Position numbers and translations under genes: made by a program | Shown: positions 1 through 12,194 of the stretch, piece after piece | How the letters are laid out: each line of letters begins with the position of its first letter | How positions within the stretch are numbered: the first letter of the stretch is position 1 | Notes under the pieces: model-generated | The model's database searches: none | What the model was told of the DNA's origin: nothing | What the model saw: only the letters and a program-made list of their open reading frames with translations | Source of the DNA: Lama glama | Lineage: Eukaryota | Reading direction: 5' to 3' | DNA: 64,000 bases | Assembly (NCBI GenBank): GCA_028534125.1 | Contig: CM052816.1 | Location: forward strand, 41,542,001-41,606,000

Positions 1-1150
1 TGTTAAAGTCATCTCTACAACATAAACATTTTTGGGTGCCATTGTAAGTAGTTTATTTCAATCACCAACTTTTTAATCCTAGTATATATAGTTACACTAT
101 TGATTTTTGTGTGTTGACCTTGCATTCATTCTGTCAATGTGCTAAACTAAATTATCAATTCCAATAGATTGGGGTGGGGGGTAATTTCCTTAGGTTTTTC
201 TATGTACATGATACTGTTTGCAAATAAAAACAGTTAATTCCTTCATTTCTAACTGTTCATCTATTTTTTTTCTTACCACAGTACAGTGTTGATGTGGGGG
301 AGGCTTAAGTGTGGATGTCCTTGGCTTATCACTTATCTTGGGGTAAAAGCATTTGTCTTTCTCTGTTAAGTATGATCTTAGCTGTAAGGTTTTTTTATAG
401 GTATCTTTTATCAGGCTTAGTTGATCACTTTCTATTCTTGGTTTGTGGAGATATTTTATCATAAATGTCTATTAATATATATTCTTGTTTATTAATATGA
501 ATTACATTGATTTTTAAATGTCAAGACAACATGTCAAACCCTAGTTTGTCAAATGTTAAAATAGGGTTTAAACAAGGTGTATTTCCCCTTTCCATATACT
601 GTTGGACTCAATTTGCTAATATTGTATTTATAATTTTGCATCTATATTCAGGGTAACATTGGTCTGTAGTTTTGTTGTCGTATTTTGTAATTTTTTTTTC
701 TAGTTTGAATATCAGGATAATGCTGACCTTATAAACTCAGGTGAGAACTGTATTCCTTTTCTCTATTTTCTGAAAGTTTGTGTAGGCATATTATTTCTTC
801 TTTAAATGTTTGACAGAATTTGCCAATGAAGCCATGTGGATTGGTTTTAGTGGATATAAGACTATTTAGATTTTCTATTTCTTCAGCCAGTTTTGATAAT
901 TTGTGTCTTTTGAGGCATTTGTATATTTCCTCTTAAGTGGTCAGCTTTGGGGGCCTATACTTATTCTTGTTTATCTTTTAAATGTCTGCAGAGTCTATAG
1001 TATTGTTCCCTTTTTCTTTTGTTCGTGATGTTGACCAAGAACACTGTGTTTTCACTTTCTCTTGTTCAGCCTACTAGAGTTTACCATTTTTATTGTTCTT
1101 TTTACAAAATTAGCTTTTGGTTTTATTGATTTTTTTATTGCTTGTCTTTC
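1..1150 (-). mobile_element. Old degraded LINE-1 (L1M-type) ORF2-region fragment
   Basis: T-rich antisense L1-like text, e.g. 'aatatcaggataatgctgaccttataaa' and 'tttcttctttaaatgtttgacagaatttgccaatgaagcca'; no intact ORF. Confidence 0.7.
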
Positions 1151-1159
1151 TAAAAAGAA

Positions 1160-2015
1160 TAGATTTTACTTTATAGAGCCATTTTAGTTTCACAGCAAAA
1201 ATGAGTGGAGGGTACAGAGATTTTCCATATACTCCTTACCCTGTACTAAGGAACAGCTTCCTCTACTATCAAAATCCCTCAACATAGTGGTAAATTTGTT
1301 ATAATCAATGAACCTATATTGATACATCACTTATCACTAAAGTCCATGGTTTATGTTTGGGTCACTCTTGATGGTATATATTCTGTATACGTACTGTGTC
1401 TGCCAATTTTTCTATGCTCTGCCTATTCATCCCTTCTTCCCCCCAAATCCCTGGCAACAATTGATTCTTTTACTGTCTCCATAGTTTTGCCATTTCATAT
1501 AGATGGAATCTTACAGTATACAGACTTTGCTATTTGGCTTCTTTCACTTTGTAATATACATTTAAGTTTCTGCCATATCTTTTCATGGCTTCATGGCTCA
1601 TTTTTTTCTTTCTTAGTACTGAAGTATAACCCATTCACTAGAGGTAACAGTTTACTTATCCCTTGATATATTGAAGAACATCTTGGTCGCTTTCCAGTTT
1701 GGGCAATTATGAATGAAGCATTCATATAAACATTTGTGGGCAGGTTTTTGTGTGGACATGAGTTTCAACTCATTTGAGTAAATACCAAAGAGATTGTAAG
1801 GTAAGAACATGTTTAGTTTTGTATTAAACTACCAAACTGTCTTCCAAAGTGACTCTACCACTTTGCATTTCCACCAGCAATGAGTGAGAGTCCCTGTTGC
1901 TTTATATCCTCACCAGCATTTACTGGTGTGCTTTGGATTTTGGTCACTCCAACCAGTGTTACTGTTTTTTAATTTGCAATTCCTAATGATATATGATATT
2001 CAGCATCTTTTCATA
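1160..2015 (-). mobile_element. LINE-1 3' end fragment (L1MC-like)
   Basis: Resembles an antisense L1MC 3' end ('ttttagtttcacagcaaaaatgagtggagggtacagagattttccatatactcc'); continues into the ORF2 C-terminal signature 'ttgcatttccaccagcaatgagtgagagtccctgttgct'. Confidence 0.75.
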
Positions 2016-2029
2016 TATTTTTTAAAATA

Positions 2030-2670
2030 CTTTTTACTTGCCATTTTGTTTTTTTACTTGCATTTCTCTGGATTACAAATGAATTGGAGCATTCTCTTCA
2101 TGTATCTCATTTGAGTTCCTTCTGTGAATTGCCTGTTCATATAGTTTGACCATTTTTCTATTGCTTTTTTTCTTGTTGATTAATTGTTCTTTAGAGATGC
2201 CAGAAAATTCATCCCTTATTTGTTTATAATATTGTAAATCTCTCCTTCTAATTATTTGTCATTAACTTTTTCATGGTATATTTTACTGAAAAAAATTCCT
2301 AATGATAATCAAATCCATTATCTTTCTTTGCCTTATGGTTTGTACTTTTGGATTTTAATCAAGTCTTTTATCTGCTTATTGTTCACAAAATATTTTCCTA
2401 TAATTATTTTCTGTTCACTTTTTATAGTTTTAGATTTAAGTTTTTAATTCATTTGGAGGCTACTTTGTTCACAGTTTTAAGTTAGAATATAGGTTTCTTT
2501 TTCTCCATTTTGTGACCCAGTTCCCCGAACACAGATAACAGTCCTTCCTGTTTCCAGTGATTCATGGTGTAACCTTTGACATGCATCAAATTCCTGTATA
2601 TACATGACCTGAGTCTAATTTTGTGCTTCCTATTTTGTTTCAAACATCTACTTGTCTGACCACTTTATTA
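2030..2670 (-). mobile_element. Old LINE-1 fragment (L1ME-like)
   Basis: 'ttcttctgtgaattgcctgttcatatagtttgaccatttttctattg'-type and 'tttaagtttttaattcatttgga' motifs match antisense L1 ORF2 3' portion. Confidence 0.6.
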
Positions 2671-3459
2671 ATATCACAAGAGTGTCACTCTATTTAAGCT
2701 TACAGAGGAATTAATGGAAGTATTTTTATATTTTAAATTGTTTTATTCTATATTCCTTATTTTGTAATTAAATCTATGAATACATTTAGAGGTTTTTATT
2801 TACATAGAATCAGAGTCAGAAATTAATTTTAGAATTTGTTTCATATGCTTCACTTAATATATAAGAAAATAGATACACAAAGAGATCAACTGGCTTGCCT
2901 AAGTGGATACAGGCTAAAAGTCAGTAGTAAATATATGTTTCTTAACTTTGCCTCTATATTATAGTTCTGAACATATGTATGATTTATTTGCTTCTGAGAC
3001 TTTGGTTCAATTATAACAGCAAAACATACTTGGCAAAATTAAATAACATCTTTCTCATTTTTGTTCCCACATTACCTTCATTTTGGGGTTAAATCTGGGT
3101 GGGGACAATAGTATTTTTGATAAATTTAGGCAAAACTGACACAAGAGGATGACAGTTTGGTAGAAGTTTCTTGCCATCTCAGCAAGAAATATATGTCTGT
3201 AAAATGAAGTGCTTTCAGAATATGTATTTTCACTATCTTCATATTCACAAGGTGATAAATGCTATCTTATTTATAACTTCTAATTGAAATAGTAGGATGC
3301 CTGAGCAGGTGCAAGTATTTTGCAAAACAGATGCTACTAAAAGGCTCTGGTAAAGATGCATGTAAATATTTAAATGCTTCCAAAGGCCATCTTGTTAGAT
3401 TACAAAAAGTAATCACAATGATATTATTGACTATTTCTTTCATAAGAGACAGGCAAGTT

Positions 3460-4085
3460 TTGATGACTTTGTACTGTGTCAACTTGGCTAAGCTACACTT
3501 CATTCCCTCAAATTCCCTTTATCTGTATGTTGACATTTAGGGCAGGCCACAAGGGAGATTTCTGTGGGGCATTTGGAGGGCAGAGTGAAGCAGCAGCCAT
3601 CTGTGTGTTAGACATCTTATTGATATTTGTTGGCTTATTTGTTGGCTCACCTCCTAGGCCAGATTGCACCTGCCATCCTTACAGTTAGTGTCTCTGAGTC
3701 CTTGACTTGATGAAGGGCCCAGTTTCTGCAGGACACTCATTCCATTAAGGTGAGAGGCAACAAGAATGAACACATTTGTCAGCCTGTTCTCATGGGCTCT
3801 AGCTAATGCTTTTGAGTTTAGGATTGTTCTTACCCTTACTCACTTTACATCCATTTTCCCTTCCCAGCTGTCTGCTACATGGACTTCAAGGTCCAGTATC
3901 AGATGCAAAGTCAACAGCCTAATAGAGACAGCTTAACCAGCTCTCACAATCAATAAGATCAAATTCCTGCACCAAAGCTCCTTTATCTACCTACCTACCT
4001 ACCTATCCATCCATTCATCCATCCATCCATCATCTATCTATCTCCTAGTCAATTCTTATTTTCTAATTAAACTCTGACAATGATA
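3460..4085 (+). mobile_element. ERVL-type solo LTR (MLT2-like) with internal (CCTA)n(CCAT)n microsatellite
   Basis: Starts 'tgtactgtgtcaacttggctaagcta'; tetranucleotide run at ~3985-4042 near the 3' end, as is typical for MLT2. Confidence 0.6.
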
Positions 4086-4289
4086 TTTCTCATTTATTCA
4101 CACGAGTATGATTAAAATGTCCTTTTAAGCTATATTCATTAAATACAGCACATATATATTAAAATTAAAGATTTTTGTTTTTTCCTTTCAAGTTTGGATT
4201 AGACAAATGACTTCTTATTTTTTTTCCTATTCTTATTTGACACTGTTGATCCTTACTTCCCTTGATTTTAAAACTCTGACTGTCATTCA

Positions 4290-4893
4290 TATATTAAGTT
4301 GCACTTTTGGATACAAATAAAGTAACAGAAAATCTTACTCAACTGATTTAAAAACTGAGAAGTTACCTCCCATAGTCCTGAAGTACCTTCTCTCTGGGAT
4401 AAATAACAATTCAGTGACATGACCAGGAATCCAGAATTCTTTCATTTTCTACTCTGCCATTCTTCAGCTAGTTTCCTTCATCACTACAAGGTGGTTCCTG
4501 CAGTTCAAAGAGGAGTAACACTCAGCAGAAAAGGGGAGCTCTTCTCAAGTGTTTTTTCTTAGAAGCAAAGATACCCTTTCCCAGAAGTCTCCACAGAAGG
4601 TTTCCCCTCGTAATTTATTGGCCAGACTTGTGTATATGTATATATGTATGTGTATGCATATGCTTGTACATGTGTGTATACATGTACATATGTGTATATG
4701 CCTAAGCTAATCTATGGCAAGAGGAATGGAGCATGATGATCAGCTTGGATCAATTAGAATTTACCCCTGGAGTTGGCAGTAGTTCACCCTTTTCTGATGG
4801 AAGTGGGGCAACATGGAATAAAACTGGGACTTGGAAAACAAAAACAAAGGAGGAAAAATGCCTCTGAAAGACAAACAAATAATGCCTGCTACA
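4290..4893 (-). mobile_element. MaLR LTR relic (MLT1J/K-like) with (TATG)n insert at ~4628-4700
   Basis: 'aagtaacagaaaatcttactcaactgatttaaa', 'ctttcccagaagtctccacag...ttattggccagact' and the end 'gcctgctaca' resemble an antisense MLT1. Confidence 0.55.
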
Positions 4894-4962
4894 TAGTCAA
4901 TGTTTTATCTTCCTTATCTCAAACCTCTTTCTGTTTGAAATCCTTAAAAAAGTACCAAACTC

Positions 4963-7900
4963 AGAAAGCAATGATTCTAAAGACAGCAAGAGAAAAACAA
5001 AGAGTTACAAGGGAACCCCCTTAAGGCTTTCAGCTGATTTCTCTACACAAACACTACAGGCCAGAAGGGAGTGGCAAGATATAATTCAAAGTCCTGAGTG
5101 AAAAAAAGATGCAACCTAGGATACTTTATCAAGCAAGGCTATTCTTTAGAATAGGAGAGATAAAGAACTTCACAGACAAGCAAAAACTAAGAGTTCAGCA
5201 ACACTAAACCTATCCTAAAAGTAATACTGGAAGTTCTATTCTAAATAGAAAAGAAGCAGGATGCTTCAGAAAGGAGAAAATCGTAACAGGAAAGGTGATA
5301 ACTACCATGAATTACAACAGAATAAATATGAAATTGTAAAAGAGGCCATCTAAATCATTAAGAGTGGGAGAGGGGAGCAAGAAAATATAGTTTTCGTTTT
5401 CTTTTTAAAATTTTTTTTGTTTGAGCTTATATTACTATCTGTTTAAAACAAACAGTTATAGTAATGGGTTAATATGTGTACAAAAAAGGGTAGCCACAAG
5501 AGAAAATCTTACAATAGAATCACAAAAACTTAAAAAAAAAAAACCAAGATAATACAAAGGAAAATTATCAAACCACAAAAGGAAGAAGAAAGGAACAAAG
5601 AGGAAATCCCATATCAACTGCAAAACTAAGTTCAAAATGGCAATAAACACACATCTATCATAAATGTCAATGGACTAAATGCTCCAATCAAAAGACGTAG
5701 ATTGGTAGACTGGTTAATAAAAAAAAAAAAGCCTTCAATAAACTGCATACAAGAGACCCACTTTAGGGAGAAGGACATACATATATTGAGAATGAGAGAA
5801 TAAAAAGAAAGATATTCCACACAAACAGAAATGACAAGAAAGCAGGAGTATCAATACTGATTTCAGACAAAATAGGCTTTAAAACAAAGGCCACAAAGAA
5901 GGACATTTTATAATGATTAAAGGAGTAATACAAGATGAGGATATTACACTCATTAGCATACATGCACCCAATGTAGGAGCACCTAAGTACATAAAGCAAA
6001 TACTAACAGATATAAAGGGAGAAACTGATGGGAATACAATCATTGCCAGAGACTTTAACACCCCATTAACATCACTGGACAGATCTTCCAGACAGAAAAT
6101 AAATAAGGCAACAGAGAAATGATACTATAGAAAAATTAGATTTTGTGAGTATTTTCAGAACATTACATCCTCCCAAAATAGAATATACATTCTTTTCAAG
6201 TGCACATGGAACATTTTCTAGGATTGATCATATACTTGGGTACAAAAGAAGCCACAACAATTTTAAGAAGATAGAAATTATTTTAAGCATCTTTCTGACC
6301 ACAATGCCATGAAACTAGAAATCAACTACAGAAAAACAAAGCAGGAATAAAATGACAGCATGGAGATTAAACAACATGCTACTAGAAAAACCAATGGGTG
6401 AATGATGAAATCAAATAAGAAATTAAAAAACACTTTTGAGACAAACAACAATGAAAACACAACCACACAGAATCTATGGGTGCAGCAAAGGCAGTGCTAA
6501 GAGGGAAGTTTAAAGCAATATAGTCCTTCCTCAAAAAAAGAACAATCTCAAATAAACTACCTAACCTACCAGCTAAAAGAATTAGAAAAGGAAGAACAAA
6601 AAACCCCCAAAAGTCAGCAGAAGGAAGGAAATAATAAAAATTAAGGAGGAAATAAATAAAATAGAGATTAAAAAAACAATAGAAAAAAATCAATCAAACC
6701 AAGAGCTGGTTTTATGAAAGAGTAAACAAAATTGACAAACCTCTGGCCAAGCTCACCAAGAAGAGAAAAGAGAGCACAAATAAGCAGAATAAGAAAGGAA
6801 AATGGAGTAATCACAACCACTACCATAGAAATACAAAATATCATACAAGAATACTATGAACAACTATATGGAAACAAAATGGATAACCTAGAAGAAATGG
6901 ACAAGTTTCTGGAAACATACAATCCACCAAGACTGAATCAAGAAGAAAGTGATCACTTGAACAAACCAATCAATTGAAATGAAATCAAATAAGCAATAAA
7001 AAAACTCCCAAAAATAGAAGTCCAGGACCAGATGGCTTCACTGGGGATTTCTACCAAACATACAAAGAACTCATACCAGTCCTTCTCAAACTCTTCCAGA
7101 AGACTGAAAAGGAGGGAATACTCCCAAACTCATTCCATGAAGCCACCATCACCCTGATACCAAAACCAGATAAAGACACTACCAAAAAAGAAAATTACAT
7201 GCCAATATCATTGATCAATATAGATGCAAAAATCCTCAACAAAATATTAGCAAACAATCTAACAGCACATAAAAGAGATCATACACCATGATCAAGTAGG
7301 GTTCATCCCAGGGACACAAGGATGGTTCAACGTATGCAAATCAATCAATGTAATACATCACATCGACAAGAGAAAGGACAAAAACCACATGACCATCTGA
7401 ATAGATGCGGAAAAAGCATTTGATAAAATTCAACACCCATTTATGATAAAAAAAAAACCTCTCACCAAAGTGGGTATAGAGGGAACATATAGCAACATAA
7501 TAAAAGCTATTTATGACAAACTTACAGCCAGTATAGTACTCAATGGTGAAAAAGTCAAAAGCTTCCCACTAAAATCTGGGACAAGACAAGGTTGTCCACT
7601 CTCACCACTCCTATTCAACATAGTCTTGCAAGTCCTAGCCACAGCAATCAGGCAACAGAAGAAATAAAAGGGATCGAAAGAGGTAAAATTGTCACTATAT
7701 GCAGATGACATGATACTATATATAGTAAACCCTAAAAGGTCCACACAAAAACTAATAGAACTAATCAAAGAATTCAGCAAGGTAGCAGGATACAAGATTA
7801 ACATACAAAAATCAGTTACATTTCTTTACACTAAAGATGAATCAACAGAAAAAGAAAGTAAAGAAACAATTCCTTTTAAAATAGCACCCAAAGTAATAAT

Positions 7901-9750
7901 ACCTAGGGATAAATATAACCAAGGAGGTGAAGCATTTACACATGGAGAACTATAAAACACTGATTAAGGAAATTAAAGAAGACTTTAAAAAAACAGAAAG
8001 ATATCCCATGCTTCTGGAATGGAAGAATCAATACTGTTAAAATGGTCATACTGCCCAAGGCAATCTACAGATTTAATGCAATCCCTATCAAATTACCGAG
8101 GACATATTTCACAGAACTAGAACAAATCACAATAAAACTTATATGGAATCACAAAAGACCCAGAATTGCCAAAGCATTACTGAGGAAAAGTAATGAGGCT
8201 TGAGGAATAATCCTCCCAGATTTCAGACAATACTACAGAGCTACTGTAATCAAAACAGCATAGTATTGGTACAAAAACAGACATATGGACCAATGCAACA
8301 GAATAGAGAGCCAAGAAATGAACCCACAAACTTTTGGTCAATTAATCTTTGACAAAGGAGGCAAGAACATACAGTGGAATAAAGACAGTCTCTTCAGCAA
8401 ATGGTTTTGGGAAAACTGGACAGCAGCATGCAAATCAATGAAGCTAGAACACTCCCTCACACCATACACAAAAATAAACTCAAAATGGATCAAAGACTTG
8501 AACATAAGACATGACACAATAAACCTCCTACAAGAAAACACAGGCAAAACATTATCTCACATACATCTCAGCAATGTTCTCCTAGGGTGGTCTATCCCAG
8601 AAATAGAAATAAAAGCAAATAAACAAATGGGACCTAATTAAACTTACAAGCTTTTGCACAGCAAAGGAAACCATAAGCAAAACATACGGAATAGGAGAAC
8701 CACCTACGGAAGAGGAGAAAATATTTGCAAAAGATGAAACTGACAAGGGCTTGATCTCCAGAATATATAAACAGCTCACATGACTTAATAAGAAAAAAAA
8801 AACAATCCAAAAATGGGTAGAAGACTTAAACAAGCAATTCTCCAATGAAGACATACAAATGACAAATAGGCACATGAAAAAATGCTCAATATCACTAATT
8901 ATCAGAGAAATGTAGATCAAAATTACAATGAGGTATCACCTCACACCAGTCAGAATGGCCATTATGCAAAAGTCCATAAATGACAAATGCTGGAGAGGCC
9001 GTGTAGAAAAGGGAACCCTCCTACACTGCTGGTGGGAATGCAGTTTGGTGCAGCCACTGTGGAAAACAGTATGGAGATTCCCCAAAAAACTAAAAACAGA
9101 CTTACCATATGACCCAGGAATCCCGCTCCTGGGCATATATCCAGAAGGAACCCTACTTCAAAAAGACACTAGCACCCCAATGTTCATAGCAGCACTATTT
9201 ACAATAGCTAAGACATGGAAACAGCCTAAATGTCCATCAACAGATGACTGGATAAAGAAGGTATGGTATATTTACACAATGGAATGCTATTCAGCCATAA
9301 AAATGACAACATAATGCCATCTGCAGCAACATGGATGTCCCTGGAGAATGTCATTCTAAGTGAAACAAGTCAGAAAGAGAAAGAAAAATACCATATATCA
9401 CTCATATGGAATCTAAAAAAGACAGAGAGATAAGACAAATGAATTTAAATACAAAACAGAAACAGACTCACAGACATAGAATAAAAATTTGTGGTTGCCA
9501 TTGGGAAGGAGGGTGGGAAGGGACAGACGGGGAGTTCAAGATTTGTAGATAATGACAGGTATATATAGGATAAACAAGTTTATACTGTATAGCACTAGGA
9601 AATATACACAAGACCTTGTAGTAGCTCACAGTGAAAAAAAATATGAAAATGAATATATGTATATCCATGTATGATGGAAAAATTGTGCTGTACACCAGAA
9701 ATTTGACACAACATTGTAAACTGACTATAACTCAACAAAATTATAAAAAA
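4963..9750 (+). mobile_element. 5'-truncated LINE-1 (~4.8 kb): ORF1 C-terminal remnant, disrupted ORF2, 3'UTR and poly(A)
   Basis: ORF1-like ILKTAREKQRV at ~4975. ORF2 from ATG ~5637 includes an endonuclease piece (ITLISIHAPNVGAPKYIKQILTDIKGE..DFNTPL), RT pieces ([26 protein letters not shown] ~7695) and C-terminal [14 protein letters not shown]. Many stops and frameshifts. TSD aaaaaagtaccaaactc (4946-4962) vs aaaaatgtaccaagctc (9751-9767) at a TT/AAAA site. Confidence 0.97.
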
Positions 9751-9767
9751 AAAAATGTACCAAGCTC

Positions 9768-9925
9768 TCCTTTTTCTCTTCACATATTCTCCCTTGGCAA
9801 TCACATCAACTTTCCTGGCTTTAAGCACTATGTTTCAGAGGTTGGGTTTCACAATATTGCAATGATGATCTCTCCCGAACTCTAGAGTGCTGTTTTTAGA
9901 GGCTCATCGGATATTTTCATGTTTG
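9768..9925 (+). mobile_element. LINE-2 relic between the L1 and the ERV
   Basis: 'ttctcttcacatattctcccttggcaatcacatcaactttcctggctttaa' and 'ctctcccgaactctaga' resemble L2 3' consensus. Confidence 0.45.
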
Positions 9926-10424
9926 TGTCACCAACAAAGCACATAACAATTCCAGGGGAATGAAAACAGAACCTATGCTTAGTCTAGTTTCACTTGCTTA
10001 TAGGGTGCTGTGTGCAGAGATTCTGCAGCCAGCACTTCAGACCGGAGTTCCTAGTGTGAAATGGATGCAGACAGCACTTCAGCTGGGTGGGCCATGTACA
10101 GAAGCACTGCACAGGAAACGTTAGGATGGCAGTGGCATACTGTGTGCAAAAATGCTGTCCCTGGCACTTGGACTCAGAGTGCTGTGAGCAGCAGAGCTAT
10201 GCCTGACCCCCAAGAACTCTGCCTCTTCCCTGCTGACAGGAACCCTATAAAGCAGCCCCACCAACAGCCTTTCAGGGAGAGCCTGTGCTCTAGAGTGTGA
10301 GCTCACACCTGTCCGTTCTATGATCAAAGAATAAAGCTTTCCTGTGCTTCTGATCCAAACTCTGTCTCATTCTATAGGCACGAGCCACACCTGGCAGAAT
10401 GACTGTAGCTGGGGACCAGAAACA
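9926..10424 (+). mobile_element. 5' LTR of provirus
   Basis: TG...CA ends; TATAAA 10246-10251; AATAAA 10330-10335; followed by the PBS. Confidence 0.85.
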
Positions 10425-10430
10425 AGTTTT

Positions 10431-10448
10431 TGGCAACTATGAAAGGAC
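10431..10448 (+). other. Primer binding site, tRNA-Arg type
   Basis: tggcaactatgaaaggac matches the Arg-type PBS tggcgaccacgaagggac of ERV9/HERV-W at 14/18 (recalled sequence); two mismatches are CpG transitions. Confidence 0.75.
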
Positions 10449-11836
10449 TGAACATCGGCCTTCCACCTGCGCCCACCCACTAGGCTCCGCCCTTGCCCCA
10501 GCTCTGGCAGGAGGATGGCAGAGGCTTTGGGAAGTTTGTGTGAAGATGACTGATCACACTCTGATGGGATGAAATGGTGGCAGCCTTCAGCTGAGTTCAG
10601 AGCAACTCTGCCCAGCAACCTGATAGCCTGGTGTGGTGCACACAGAGCCTGGAGAGTATCCTGGACTGTATCCCCTGGAGAGGATCATACTGTGGCATTG
10701 CTGGGGATCACCGGCTGAAACTCACAAGTGTCTGCCCGCTGCCTCTGGCTGGCCATCCCACAGTGCCTGATGGCCTGGGGATGGTGGGGACTTGTGGGAG
10801 GGGAGAAGCTGTGGCAGCCTTGCCCGCTGTCTCACCAGTAGTGCCGTCCTCTTGACCTCTGTACAAGGCAACCGTGGCTGCACCAGGGCTTTTGCCATTC
10901 TTGCCAACGTCCAGGGGTCAAAAGTAACATTCTTCATAGCCACGTCCGATTCGGTAAAGGGAAGTGGCCAGCCCCACTAGGCGGGAGGTGGAGATCAGGA
11001 AAAGGCCCAGGTAATGAGGACCACCTGACAAATGGAACGAGGACGCTGGATCCAAGTTTAGGAAAGGACACCGGGGACACCTTGGTGTGAAAGGGTCCCA
11101 AGGTAGATACATGACCAGTGACTTGATCTCCCTTCCAGTCAGCACTATGCTCTCTGGAGTAAGCTGGGCATCCCTGTGAGCTGCTGGCAAGAGCAAGAAA
11201 CACCTATTGCCTGGCCTCTCCTTCCATCTCTCTTCCGAGTCTTCCACCCGGCCTGCCTTTCTAACCCTCCACGCTCCTGCCTGCTTCTGCTTGTGAGGTG
11301 AACCTAGGGTGATTCTTTATTGATTGAGGTCCCACAGGCTCTCCTCCCAGTGCCAGCACAAAGCATCAGCCCCCGCAGTGATCTGGGGAGTACCCTGTGG
11401 GAATCCCTCGCACTTTTAGCTCTCACCTAGCAGGAAGTCTGAAAACTCCTCCTTTTTGGCTGAAAGGAAGAGAGAGAGGACCCCTGCCTTAGACAACTGC
11501 CACTTCCTAAGAGACAGGCTGGTCACGGACTGACGTGGCTAAGCTGCTCTGACCCGTCTAACCTCCTGTAGGATATTCTGACTGAGGAGGGACTAAATGC
11601 CTCAAGCACGGGCAATTGGGCCATTACAAATTCAGAGGTTATATCAGAGTCCACGCCACTTGGATACCTCCTATTTGGGTCTTTTCAGAAAACCACTAAC
11701 AGTTTGGTGCTCATTTCAAATTTCCTGAACCAGAAATCTTAATTTGGGTCAAACCTTGTGGCATTTGCATGCCAATAAATCACTCCAACCATCCTCTCAG
11801 TAGTTGGAAATAAATTCAAAGCAGAACACCTAAGGT

Positions 11837-12110
11837 ATGGGGACCCAAACACCCACTATACTAAAGGATAGCCCATTAGGGTGCACCCTGAAGAACTGGA
11901 ACTCTTCCCAGTATTACTACCTGACTTCAAAACATTTAACCTTCCTACATAATACAGCCTGGCCTCAATGCTAGCTGGGAGATGGGGAAAGCTGGCCCAT
12001 CAATGGCCCTCTAATTTACAACACCATTTTACAATTGGACCTGCCATGCCAGAGACAAAATAAACGAGATGAAATTCCCTATGTCTGTTTTTTTATGGCC
12101 TTATATCAGA
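11837..12110 (+). pseudogene. ERV gag matrix remnant
   Basis: Translates across frameshifts to MGTQTPTILKDSPLGCTLKNW...NTAWPQ..GESWPINGPLIYNTILQLDL..DEIPYV.FFMALY, an HERV-H/W-like MA pattern. Confidence 0.85.
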
Positions 12111-12194
12111 ACAAAGGATGTCAAAAGGGATGTGGGCTCTCCTCCTCTGTGGTAATATCTTCCTTGACTCTCCCTCATCTCTTCTGAAACTACA

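Noticed and set aside
5637..9400. L1 ORF2 as a functional reverse transcriptase gene
   Set aside because: Broken into many short ORFs by stops and frameshifts; promoter and most of ORF1 absent.
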